In this document: positions 25,703 through 38,830 of the stretch, piece after piece
How the letters are laid out: each line of letters opens with the position of its first letter
Numbering within the stretch: the stretch's first letter is position 1
Origin: Octopus sinensis
Lineage: Eukaryota
NCBI RefSeq assembly: GCF_006345805.1
Contig: NC_042999.1
Coordinates: forward strand, 59,520,001 to 59,584,000
Direction: 5' to 3'
DNA length: 64,000 nucleotides
Position numbers and translations under genes: made by a program
Notes under the pieces: generated by a model
The model's input: the letters and a program-made list of their open reading frames with translations, nothing else
What the model was told of the DNA's origin: nothing
Database searches by the model: none

Positions 25703-26085
25703 CTCTTTTACTCTTTTACTTGTTTCAGTTATTTGACTGCGGCCATGCTGGAGCACCGCCTTTAGTCGAGCAAATCGACCCCGGGACTTATTGTTTGTAA
25801 GCCCAGTACTTATTCTATCGGTCTCTTTTGCCGAACCGCTAAGTAACGGGGACGTAAACACACCAGCATCGGTTGTCAAGCAATGCTAGGAGGACAAACA
25901 CAGACATACATACATATACATATACAGGCTTCTTTCAGTTTCCGTCTACCAAATCCACTCACAAGGCATTGGTCGGCCCGGGGCTATAGCAGAAGACACT
26001 TGCCCAAGATGCCACGCAGTGGGACTGAACCCGGAACAATGTAGTTAGTTAGCAAGCTGCTTACCACACAGCCACTCCTGCGCCT
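25703..26085 (-). mobile_element. SINE family A, same young subfamily as 24288-24736, opposite orientation
   Basis: Same diagnostic variants on the reverse strand. Confidence 0.9.
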
Positions 26086-26100
26086 GTATATATATATATA

Positions 26101-26955
26101 TATTTTATAGAGGGCATTATTACACATAAATGCCTCACACTAAGAGGGACAAATGTCATTACTACCAAATACCTAATGCAGTTTTTCAAAGCAAGACATT
26201 TAAAAAATGAATTTAGTTCTGTATCACCCGTGATTTCACATTTAACGTATAAAATTACGTCTATGATCATCAGCAGAACTGATTCTGAACACATCATAAA
26301 TAAACGACCAACTTTACCTGGCGAAGACGAACAGACACCTATTCACTCCGGCGAAGCACATGGAAATGTTTATAAATCATATATTCGGTAAATGGCGGGC
26401 TTTTTCGAACTGCATGTCGGGTAAGAAAAGTATTTCGGAATAAATTTAACAATTAAGGATAACTTCTTAATAAGGAATCTTAACAAGAAATTATCAGGTA
26501 GTTAGCGTGAAAAACCTCATAAGAGTAAAAATTCGAAAATAATTTTTTTCTTTTGAACATATTAATTATATTTTATAGAGGGCATTATTACACATAAATG
26601 CCTCACACTAAGAGGGACAAAAGTCATTACTACCAAAATCACACTAATCATACCTAATGCAGTTTTTCAAAGCAAGACATTTAAAAAATGAATTTAGTTC
26701 TGTATCACCCGTGATTTCACATTTAACGTATAAAACTGCATTAGGTATGATTAGTGTAATTTAGGTAGTAATGACTTTTGTCCCTCTTAGTGTGAGGCAT
26801 TTATGTGTAATAATGCCCTCTATAAAATATAATTAATATGTTCAAAAGAAAAAAATTATTTTCGAATTTTTTCTCTTATGAGGTTTTTCACGCTAACTAC
26901 CTGATAATTTCTTGTTAAGATTCCTTATTAAGAAGTTATCCTTAATTGTTAAATT
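26101..26955 (-). mobile_element. Hammerhead-carrying element: partial tandem unit plus terminal inversion (PLE pseudo-LTR or retrozyme-like)
   Basis: Direct repeat 26101-26254 vs 26569-26735 (13-bp deletion in the first); inverted arms 26443-26666 and 26732-26955 (224 bp, about 3 mismatches) with a 65-bp spacer. Confidence 0.75.
26215..26280 (-). ncRNA. Type I hammerhead ribozyme (AUA site)
   Basis: Minus strand AGTTCTG CTGATGA(26273-26267) T-CAT-AG-ACGTA-ATTTTA-TACGT-TAA-ATG-T GAAA(26237-26234) TCAC-GG-GTGA TA CAGAACT. Helix I is a perfect 7 bp; predicted cut 26222/26221. Confidence 0.8.
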
Positions 26956-26974
26956 ATATATATATATATAATAT

Positions 26975-27006
<32 letters not shown>

Positions 27007-28422
27007 CATATATACATATATAAAATACAAAGTGGGACAAGAACGTAAAACATCCGGACAACTAGGTGAAACAAAAAGGGACAACAAAACATCCCGATAG
27101 ATGATACAAAGAAAGCAAGGACGGGTCATTCGAAGTTTTCTATCTTCAGTCAAGAACCACAGTATTCTCACAATTTCGGCTGATTATTCTTGAGACTGCT
27201 CCAATCTGGCCAACACCAAGGAAAAAGTAAGTTAAGAGTATTAGATTCCTTGGAAGAAAACATCCACTGTATACAAAAACAAGGAGGGAAAAAAAACAAT
27301 GTTACATAAATATAAATACAATAAAAATAATAACAGGACATAAAAACAGGTGTCTTTCGACTAAGGACGTATTGAATTAAGCAGCCGTAGGTTTCATTTC
27401 CACACGCGCCAGCTTAATTCAATTCGTCCTTAGAATATGTACACACACATGCACACATACACAGAGTCACACACTCATACACGCACACACACATACCCTC
27501 GCATATACGCACACATATACACATGCGCGTGCACACATGCGCACACGCGCGCATACGCACACGCACGCACACATACGTACACACGCGCATCTACACGCAC
27601 ACACATACATACATACATACATAGATTCATACATATAAACATACATACATGCATGCATACATACATACATACACATACATACATACATACATACATACAT
27701 ACATACATACATGAGTGTGTGTGTGTAAACATATATTTGAGAAAACTGTTTTATGAGAAGAATATTTCTTAATTATGGAGCATTAGTTTTACCTGTAGAG
27801 TTTAATGGCGGAACCTGGTTTTGTATTCCAGTATGCAAACTGATTCAGTTAACTATCTTACCAACGTAACATCATGAGACATAGGCATGATAATATCAAT
27901 ACTGTGTCCACTGAGACACCATGTTTATTAAAATATCGATATGAGTTTCTCCCCGTTAATATTACTCACTGAAAGTTTCATCTACTGTCTCTTATATATT
28001 TTCAGGGAGGGGTGCAAATTATGAATCTTATCATCTCATGAAGTGTGGTATATTTCATATATACAATTCGATATGTGGATTCGTAGCCACATGTGAGTGT
28101 AATATGTAAAAATAATATGCTACCAAAACCGTTGCTACCGTGCAAGCTTTAGCTATTTTATTTTTCTAACCACTTTATTCCGCAATTCGTTATGACAAAG
28201 AAGCCATATTACATCTGAACCATTGTTTGGAATATTTCCAAACTCTCACATGGCTACGTTTTTCACCATGAGCCAATAATTTTCTTTGTACCCAAATAAC
28301 TGTTTGGAATATAAAATATTGAATATATTTTCACAGTTGATGAGTTTAGTACATTTTTGACACAGTTCTTATTAATGTTCAGAGTTCTGCAAATATGATT
28401 CCGATATGTTGTTCAGTTTGCC

Positions 28423-28604
28423 AGGAGGGTGCTGAAAAGTCCTGGCTTTGGGCAAAGGAAAATACAGGAGGATCAGTTAATAATGATTCTATTCAACATA
28501 TTCCCCTTTCAGATTCACGCACTTATTGCAGCAGTCCTTCCCTTTTTCTAAGCCCTGTTAAAGAATTCGGAAGTTTGGGCCTCTAACTTTTCAGCACTCC
28601 TCCT
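28423..28604 (-). mobile_element. Mariner-derived MITE
   Basis: TIRs AGGAGGGTGCTGAAAAGT and ACTTTTCAGCACTCCTCCT; interior minus strand encodes the transposase C-terminus EAQTSEFF...CNKCVNLKGEYVE*. Confidence 0.8.
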
Positions 28605-28879
28605 ATTAGCACCTTTCCTGCTTACTAGTGAGTTCATCGTAGTTTTTCTGTAATATCAACAAAGTAAGCACGGTTTGAATGTTCCGTTGAGGTTTATGTT
28701 CTCCATCCAAGGGTCATTATAAATAAATTCATATTTCAGTATTAAGAAGGATACTTAACACGGATGCTTATACTACCAAAAGAGGAATGTGCTATGTACT
28801 GTATAAAGCAAATAGAATAGTTTTCTGTCTTCTGATCTTCAATGTGGAGAAACAGTTAAATGATAAATTTGTTCGTTCC

Positions 28880-29149
28880 TTCTCGAGCCATGTCTGGCTC
28901 ATAAGGGCCCGCTTTCCCGGTTTCCTTGGTGTATAGGTTCCCCACCTGGACGGGACGCCGGTCCGTCGTAGGTGAGCTACAAAATGAAGGAGAAAAGAGT
29001 GAGAGAAAATTGTAGCGAAAGAGTTAGCAGAAGTTCGCCATTACCTTATGCCGGAGCCGCATGGAGCTTAGGTGTTTCACTCTGAGATTCGAACCAGCGA
29101 TCCCTCGCCTGCGAGTCCGCTGCTCTAACCACTAGGCCATGTGCCTCCA
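28880..29149 (-). mobile_element. SINE family C
   Basis: Reverse complement of GTGGAGGCACATGGCCTAGTGGTTAGAGC..GGTTCGAATCTC..; same family as 31408-31705. Confidence 0.85.
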
Positions 29150-29194
29150 CTTTCTTTTCTTAAAGATATACTATGAATATAATATAACATAATA

Positions 29195-29955
29195 TATTCT
29201 TTTCTACTCTAGGCACAAAGCCCGAAATGTTTGTGGGGGTGGGGCCAGTCGATTAGATCGAACCCAGTACGCAACTGATACTTAATTTATTAATCTCGAA
29301 AGGCAAAGTCGAACAGCGGAATTTGAACCCAGAACGTAAAGTCAGGCGAAATACCTATCTCTTTATTAACCAGAAGGGGCTAAACATAGAGAGGACAATC
29401 AAGGACAGACAAACGGATTAAGTCGATTATATCGGCCCCAGTGCGTAACTGGTACTTATTTAATCGACCCCGAAAGGATGAAAGGCAAAGTCAACCTCAG
29501 CAGAATTTGAACTCACAACGTAGTGGCAGACGAAATACCTATTTCCTTACTATCCACAAGGGGCTAAACACAGAGAGGACAATCAAGGCAGACAAACGGA
29601 TTAAGTCGATTATATCGACCCCAGTGCGTAACTGGTATTTATTTAATCGGCCCCGAAAGGATGAAAGGCAAAGTCGACCTCGGCAGAATTTGGACTCAGA
29701 ACGTAGCAGCAGACGAAATACCTATTTTTTTATTACCCAAAAGGAGCTAAACACAGAGGGGACAAACAAGGACCGACATAGGTATTAAGTCGATTACATC
29801 GACCCCAGTGCGTAACTGGTACTTAATTTATCGACCCCGAAAGGATGAAAGGCAAAGTCGACCTCGGCGGAATTTGAACTCACAACGTAACGACAGACGA
29901 AATACGGCTACTCATTTCGCCCGGCGTGCTAACGTTTCTGCCAGCTCGCCGTCTT
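29195..29955 (-). mobile_element. SINE family B multimer: one head plus tandem 183-184-bp body repeats
   Basis: Junction GACGAAATACC|TATTT at 29355, 29539 and 29722; head homologue at 29906. Confidence 0.9.
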
Positions 29956-30597
29956 AATGATAAATTTGATATCTGCATATTATGTGTAGATTATATTAGA
30001 AATATAGGGTAGATGATATTAGAGATTGGTAAATCTTCGTTGCAATTGTTTATCGCACCATACCATAAAATCTTGTGCAATATTTCTTTCAGAAGAACTA
30101 AGAAAATCTAAGAAGTCAATATTATCTACAAACTATATATTCTCAACTATTTGCTTTTGAAACCACTGGGTGTTTGCGACTCTTTAACAGAATCGATTTT
30201 ATGTGACTTTGGTTTAAGCCATAGAAACAACGGTGGTATAGCAAGAAGACACGTGACTCCATAAAAAAAAAGTCTCATTACCATTGTGCGAAGCAGTACT
30301 ACCAGCGTTCTCTCTTGCTCTGCTAATCTATTTTCAAGTGAACTGTCAATATGTAACTACCAACGGGATATAAGATATTGTGAATAATTTTCAAGATGTA
30401 TATATAATCTCAGCAAAGCGCTATATATTTGTTTGTACGCTCTCACAAAAACACAAATTTTCAATACACGGCCGTGTTAAAAGTGTGTAGACTTTGTTAC
30501 GATTATGTGTTGGTATATCGAATTTCTTTTAAGACTTAAAGCTTATCTGCGACTTTTGGAAGTTTGTAGAGTGTGATATATGTTATGTGTAATTTTT

Positions 30598-30860
30598 TTT
30601 GTTTCAGTCGTTGAATTACGTCCATGCTGGAGCAGTGCCTTGAAATGATTGGTGGAATAAATCGACCCTATTAGTTATTGTTTTCTTTTATTCTATCGTT
30701 ATTTTTTTTTGGGGGGGGGCCGCTAAGTTACGAAATCGTAAACAAACTAACACCGGTTATCAAGTGATGGTGGTACACAAATATAAAGACACACATACAC
30801 ATGCATACTGACACACATACGTGCGAGCACGGCATTTTTTTCAGCTTCTGTCTCCTAAAT
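30598..30860 (-). mobile_element. SINE family A body, diverged
   Basis: TTTCAGTC..CCATGCTGGAGCA..CGCTAAGTTACG.. Confidence 0.65.
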
Positions 30861-30868
30861 CTATTTGA

Positions 30869-30990
30869 GTGGAGGCACATGGCCTAGTTGTTATAGCAAT
30901 CGAGGTATTGCGGTCGAGGGATCGCGGGTTCGAATCTCAGAACGGGCGATGTGCGTGTTTATGAGCGAAACACCTAAGCTCCACGCGGAC
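30869..30990 (+). mobile_element. SINE family C head
   Basis: GTGGAGGCACATGGCCTAGT..GGGTTCGAATCTC..GAAACACCTAAGCTCC. Confidence 0.8.
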
Positions 30991-31407
30991 ACATACACAC
31001 TTACACATACATACATACGTATAGGCAGAACATGTTAAAAATATCCCATGTTAAAAATATCCCATATTCTACGATATTTAGAAAGAATAAAAAAAGATGT
31101 GAAAATGCCCAATTCCTTCTTTATTGTAATTTATCAAATTATTCTAAATTGCATTACTATCATCAAATTGCTTCAAAATACATTATCATGTGTTTCAGAA
31201 AACATTACTACACACCGGTTTCATTTCACATAAACACATAGTTATTGTAGTATCTTAGTTTTTCGAGCAGAAGTAACCATGATATAGACACACCAGTTTA
31301 CAAGTCAGGTAATGGTATTCACGTTAATAAGCTAAATCTGTTATTAGCAATCTAAGTAAAAGGCGGGTCGTGTTACGTACTTTAAGTATTGCGTATATAC
31401 ATTTTCA

Positions 31408-31705
31408 CTAGTGGAGGCCTAGTGGTTAGAGCAGCGGACTCGCAGGCGAGGGATCACAGGTTCGAATGCCAGACCAGGCTGTGTGTGTGTTTATGAGCGA
31501 AACACCTAAGCTCCACACGGCTCCGGCAGAAGGTAATGGCGAACCTCTACTGGCTCTTTCGCCACAACTTTCTCTCACTCTTTCTTCGTGCATCTTGCAG
31601 CTCACCTGCGACGAATTGGCGTCCCGTTCAGGTGGGGAACCTATACGCCAAGGAAACCCGGAAACCGGTCCTTATGAGCCAGGCGTGGCTCGAGAAGGAA
31701 CAAAC
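31408..31705 (+). mobile_element. SINE family C, full length
   Basis: A and B boxes, core, TGGCGTCCCGT segment, AACAAACAAC tail. Confidence 0.85.
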
Positions 31706-31884
31706 AACTGTTCTTTCTAAAGGATGAACAAAATCTACTTAAGGAGCCACTTAGAGGGACTGAAACCGGAATTATTTGGTTGAAACGCAAACTTCTTATC
31801 ACACTGTCAGGCCTGCGTAAAATAAATAGTAGTACATCATCTGAGACCATGATTTCGTTCAAACGACCTTACCCTGGATATTTT

Positions 31885-32185
31885 TCTACTTGTTTCAGTC
31901 ATTTGACTGCGGCCATGCTGGAGCACCATCCTTAGTGGAACAAATCGACCCCAGGATTTATTCTTTGTAAGCCTAGTACTTGTCTTATCGGTTTCTTTTG
32001 CCGAATCACTGAGTTTCGGGGACGTAAATACACCAGCATCGGTTGTCAACCAATGTTGGGGGGACAAACACAAACACAATCATATACATACACATACATA
32101 CATGCACACACACACACACATACACACACACATATATATATATATATACACACATATATATCTGTACACACACACACACACACAT

Positions 32186-32231
<46 letters not shown>

Positions 32232-32267
32232 TAGACGGGCTTCTTTCAGTTTCCATCTACCAAATCT
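31885..32267 (-). mobile_element. SINE family A, head truncated by the adjacent insertion
   Basis: Body and microsatellite present; head breaks at CTACCAAATCT. Confidence 0.8.
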
Positions 32268-32510
32268 ATAATAATGAGTCCGTATGAAGGGTCTAAGTCA
32301 GGTTGCTACGTGTTACTAGCACTACCGGCAATAATGTAGACTGGTAATACCTGCGACATTATGAAGAGAAAAATATTTCTGTGTGGAATTTTAAAAAAAT
32401 AATAATAATGAGTCCGTATGAGGGGTCTAAGTCAGGTCACTATGTATTACTAGCCCTACCGGTAAACAAGGTCGACTGGTAATATCAGCGGCACTCTGAA
32501 GAAAAAAAAA
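32268..32510 (+). repeat. 134-bp tandem duplicate ending in an A-run
   Basis: ATAATAATGAGTCCGTATGA.GGGTCTAAGTCAGG starts at 32268 and 32402. Confidence 0.85.
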
Positions 32511-32629
32511 TAAGGTTGTGTGAAAGAAAAATACATCTCAAATGAGGGAGGTGTTGTGGCGGCACCCCTAAGTGAGAAATAAGCTGTTCCACTACTGATA
32601 AATAGTGGACAGATACACCAAGCAGTGTC

Positions 32630-33200
32630 AGTCACCGAGCCAATTTCGTTAGGGTTAAATCACTTTTGATTCCGGCTGTCCCCGGGTGGGTGAGCTATGT
32701 TTTGTTGAATTTGCTAAATAGCGTTGCTGTTTTTGCTTGCGGGCCTGTTAAATTACGTTTTTGTCGTCTTCCCCATTTTGGGGCGAAGTAACTGAAAAAG
32801 AGGAAAAAATGGAGTGTGAACCAGTTCCAACACATGCCGCGAGTTATGCTTCAGCAGCTGGTAAAGGTGCAGATTCGCTAGAAGTGCGATAAATTAAGAT
32901 TGAACAAAGGAAGCTAAAGGAATACTATAGGCTGATTCAGAAGGAGGGATCCAGTTTAAAACTGATCCCTCCAGAATAAGTGACGACAAATACCAAGAAA
33001 AGAACATTGGTGTAGAGAACGCTACCGACAACGACCGAGAAAATAGAGATAGCTACAGAAGAAGTAACTGAAAAATATTTGAAGGAAATTAAGAACCTTG
33101 ACAACATTCTATACAAGAGGCAGAAAATACGGCACAGTGGAGGTGAGATTTGCCAATGAATAGGAGACAATAAATTACTCCACTGTGACGCTGAAGACAG
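32630..33200 (+). mobile_element. Non-LTR retrotransposon 5' end with degenerate ORF1-like frame
   Basis: ATG at 32809: MECEPV..AASYASAAG..LEVR*IKIE..LKLIPPE*..KRTLV*RTLP..; homologous to 63793-64000. Clade (L1/Tx1-like) is a guess. Confidence 0.6.
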
Positions 33201-33622
33201 AAAAATGGGTACCCCTGTCTACATACTGCGGCAAATAGGTCGCCAGAGTGAGAATAGGGGGGGGGGGGTGCCACAAGAAATCAAAGAAGCGTGGCTGGTG
33301 GCCTAGTAATAGTAAACAAGCTAATATTTATATATATACATTGTGGTAAAACTTTCTCTTTATAAGAATGATCATGCGAGTAAAACATACACGGATACAC
33401 ACACAGACACACCCAAACACAAATACACGTGCACTCATACACACACGCATCGCGCGCAGTCACGCACGTACACATTCACACTTAGTGAAGTACCTTTTTT
33501 GTCATATTCTTACATTCTACCTTCTTCCTGTCACAGAAGCTGCTCTAATCCTCTTGAATAGTTTTCTTTTAAGTTTATACGTTTTAGTTTTGATGTAGAA
33601 TACGCCACATGCATACATACAT

Positions 33623-33653
<31 letters not shown>

Positions 33654-34156
33654 TACATACATCATACATACATACATACATACATACATACATACATACA
33701 TACATACATACATACATACGTACATACATGATAGCTTCAAACTCGTGTTTGAATATTGCCTTTGGCTGTTCGAAAGTCCTACACATGCGCAGGCTACGAC
33801 CAGCCATTTTTGTGATAGGTCTTACTTTTATTTTTCAAGCGATGCCTGTGTATGATGATTTTTTTTATAGAGGGAAAAGGATTTGCACAAATCCAATCCC
33901 ATTCTCCGAACATGGACAACATAAACTCGGAAAGAAAAACTAGTCATCATAATCGAATGTTGTCGTGTTGCAGATTTTCCATCTGAGTTTCCCATTCCTA
34001 GAGAGATATTTTGACACTGACCCACTCAAAGTGGGTCAACCGTGCGCCTGCACACCAACCTAGGTGTTTCCACATAAGCATACGTACACATGTACTTCTA
34101 TTGTTGGATAACCGTTGACTACCCAAGAGGTCTTCCACCATACATACATACATACA

Positions 34157-34188
<32 letters not shown>

Positions 34189-34869
34189 CCTGTAATTATT
34201 TGGGTCCTAGGATATGGAACTCTGCCTAAATACCAATCTAGAGAAATTATGCTGCTGAAAACTAGAAGGGAGAAAGCTGATTCGAAGACTAGAGATTCAA
34301 ACCATCACTGGAAATGTAAAAATTCTGGAAAACTTTCCAGAAGTTTATCATTTAAGTATATACGAGCATGTCTAGATATGCAAGCATATGCATGAGAATA
34401 CATACGTGAAACAAAACGTAAAAGTCTGCAAGTATACATACATGCAGACAAAAATACCCTGTTGTTGATGTTAAAATTCCAATGACGGTGCCTTGGATCT
34501 AGGTTAGAAACCGGCTCTTTCTGTGTTGGCAAGAAATCTTTAAATGAAACTGAATAACAACATACACACGCACATACTTACATTCATAGACATACTTTCA
34601 TATAAACACGCAGAATTTCATATCTGGCAAACATGCAGCATAAATACATACAACTACGCACTCGCACTCACATATACCTACACGCTCACACAATAGCATG
34701 CATAGGCGCTCACACACACACACACACACACACAGACACACACACGGACGCACACACATACACAGACAAACACGCACACGTACTCACGCGTGCAGAGACT
34801 CATAGCCCTTGCAAATGATACAATCATACCACGTCCTAAGAGACATTTGGGTTGGTATATGCAAATAGA

Positions 34870-34950
34870 TTATATAAATAGATAAAAAAATACACATATA
34901 TATATATGCGTGAGGGAGTGTGCGTGTGTGTCTGTATATATATTTGTATG

Positions 34951-34983
<33 letters not shown>

Positions 34984-35105
34984 GTATATATATTTATATA
35001 TACGTATATATATTATATATATATATATTGTATATATAATAATATATATGTGTATGTAAGTATCTCTGTACGTATGATTGTTTAAAAGGATAGATGAATG
35101 AATAC

Positions 35106-35166
<61 letters not shown>

Positions 35167-36040
35167 GATATATATATTATGTATATTAATATTGTGTGTG
35201 TGTGTATGTTGTGTATGTATGTATATATTTATAAATATATATGTATGTATGGATTTAAGTACTTGTGTATATATATATATATATAATATATATATATATG
35301 TGTGTGTGTTGTGTGTGTTTGTGATTGTGTACACATGCATCTGTTAGCGTGTCACGGTGTGTAAATCGGTCTGTGTGTTTTACTGTCTGGCAGAAAGAAA
35401 AAAAAAGAAACTCATCAGCTTTTACAGAAAGTAATGTTCCTGCCTCCCTCTCCACACTTCCACTCTCTTTGTTGTTTTGTAAGATATATCTGACACAGTC
35501 TGTAATGGCAATCTATAATGTACATGTGCATTTGCTATAATTGCATCACGCAATATATATATATATAATGCCATACATGCACGTGTTGATATATATATGC
35601 ACATATATCTATATATACACACACACACGCACACATATAAATATACATATACATATACATACAGACACACAGACGCACATAAATACACACACACATATAT
35701 ATATATATAAATATATATATATTTGTATATATTTATATATATAAGCACATATATTTATACACACACATTTATAAATTTATATTTATACACACACACACAC
35801 ACATAAATATATATATATATATATATGTATGTAATTATATATATATATATATATTTATAAAGTATGTGTAAGAAAGACCAATCACTATTTAAACACACGA
35901 CATTCAAATGTGTGTATATGCATGTAAGTGTGCGTGTGCGTTTGTGGGGAGCTGATGGTTTTATAGAATAACAATTATGCATACTTACATACACACACAC
36001 ACACACACACCCCACACACACACACACAACATATATATAT

Positions 36041-36073
<33 letters not shown>

Positions 36074-36285
36074 GCAAATATATGATATGAAATTACACAA
36101 ATATGCATATATATATAAGTATATATACATATACATACATACGTATATATATGTAAATATATATATACGTATACACATATATATGCATATGTATGTATGT
36201 ATATATATATGTATATATATATATGTGTGTGTGTGTGTATGTATGTGTGTGTGTGTGTGTGTGTTTGTGTGCAAATACACATAAA
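34870..36285. repeat. Long compound (TA)n/(CA)n/(TG)n region
   Basis: Direct reading. Confidence 0.9.
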
Positions 36286-36532
36286 GTTTCACATATACAT
36301 TTATGTTGTGCATTCTCGTACGTGTGTTTGTGTGTAAGCGTGATTTTTTTGTGTCTGTGATTATGCTTGTGTGTGTATAATCACTTCACTTCAACAATTT
36401 CGGTGTAAACAAGAAGTGAGAAAAAAAAAGGGAGCAGTCGATTACAAAAGTCGACTGTCAAAATAAATTTACGGAGCTGGAAAGTTCAAATTTCCTAACT
36501 GGCTTTCACAATTCGTATTAAAAGCATGTACG

Positions 36533-36580
<48 letters not shown>

Positions 36581-36744
36581 TGTATTACGCGTGCATGCTT
36601 GATTTTACGTGTTTGTATTTATATTGGAGTTGTTCGGAATGTGATCTGTTGTTCATCGACCGTGTGTTGAAACTTTCGCAGTTACGTCATCGAAGCATCA
36701 TTTTTGGTATTTCGAGAAACACAAAAAACATAGACATGCTGTTG

Positions 36745-37560
36745 GGGCAAAATTTGACGATTGTCTATGTCTTTTTTTTTTTTATTTTATTCGGGAATAG
36801 TATCATGTTTTGATGAACTGTCAACGGCGTTGGAGCGCATGACGATTAAAGTTTTGATTGAAAGAAAGCGATCTAAAATGGAGGACCGGTAGCCATCTGA
36901 ATATTGTCATGGCTCGTGCCGGGTATGAGAATTCCGACATCATGACTGCTGCTCAATCCTCTATGAACAATATAAAGGCCGTAGGATGTGACATGGATAG
37001 CTGCTCCACAGATTACGAACTAATGGCCAGCAGCAGGTGATATAGTGGCCGTTGTGATTGCCTCTGCACGCTGGGTTTCACAATCACATATTTGAATAGA
37101 GCCTTAGGCTCAATTCAGTTGGTCGGCTATGTCATGCTGGAGACTGTGGTGAAGTGCTAACTGGAGAGGATTGCCGCAGGAAAACCATATGTTTAAAAGT
37201 AGGATTCAGCTGCTCGCCATACAACAGGAGAGAATGAAAACTGGTTGCCAGAGAGTTTCTATGACTTCACCAACCCCAATCTCTCTCATCCTAATTCCTC
37301 CGTTTGTAATCGTATGGATAAGTATGAGTGGGACACGATTGAGAAAGCAACTAAACTGCCTTGCATGCAATACCTAGGCTGTGCTGCTAGCCAATATCAA
37401 GGAGGTCTTCGAAAATCTTGCCAGGAAGACAGTGAGAAGATACCAGTTTACTTGTAGCAAACTGTTATCTTCCAACCACAATGGAGCTAATGTTTTCTTT
37501 TATTTTTGAATGGAATAATTCTTTTTATGCAAACTCAAAGTTTGCCCATACGCCCTATAT
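36745..37560 (+). mobile_element. Internally deleted Tc1/mariner (maT/DD37D-like) transposon relic
   Basis: N-terminal ..MARAGYENSDIM.AAQ..; catalytic LETVVKC*LERIAAGKPYV*K*DSAARHT...WL.ESFYDFTNPNL..PNS..CNRMDKYEWDTIEK. TIR-like GGGCAAAATTTGA (36745-57) and TCAAAGTTTGCCC (37535-47). Confidence 0.8.
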
Positions 37561-38029
37561 ATTCGCATGACGTTTACTTATTAATAAATCTTGCTAATTT
37601 TGGCATGGGGGTCAGTAATTTTGAAGAGAGCAAGAATACGATCATGCCGATAGCAATATTTGACTGCAAATTACTGTATCGACCACGAAATATTGAAAGT
37701 CGGCTTCGGTGGCATTTGAAATGAGAATGTAAAGAAAGAGAAAAAAATTTATATTTCTTAGTAATAAAATCTATTAGAGGTAATATTAGAAATTTTCTGT
37801 GACCGAGAAGTTTACTTGATTCTTTCAAAGAGGCGTTGAAATTGTTGCTGCTATTTGATCACAGATGTGCATACGAAGTATTTTTAAACTTCAAAATATA
37901 TTCCACTGAGAATTAAACAAAATTAATGGGAAAATTTTCTTGTTAGTTTATATAAATCCAAGGTGAAACTTCCATGATAGAATTGTAAGTAAGTACAAAG
38001 GCAAACACAAAGGCACACACAAATGAAGA

Positions 38030-38830
<801 letters not shown>

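Noticed and set aside
27020-27380. Unique segment next to the 26-kb inversion with CTGAAGA on the minus strand
   Set aside because: Helices I and II do not close and the core reads GAAT; repeat identity cannot be shown from this window
29195-29955. CRISPR-like array
   Set aside because: Units are full-length homologous SINE bodies with no unique spacers, in eukaryotic DNA
34018-34038. 9-bp inverted repeat TGACCCACT-CAA-AGTGGGTCA
   Set aside because: Isolated short hairpin with no supporting context
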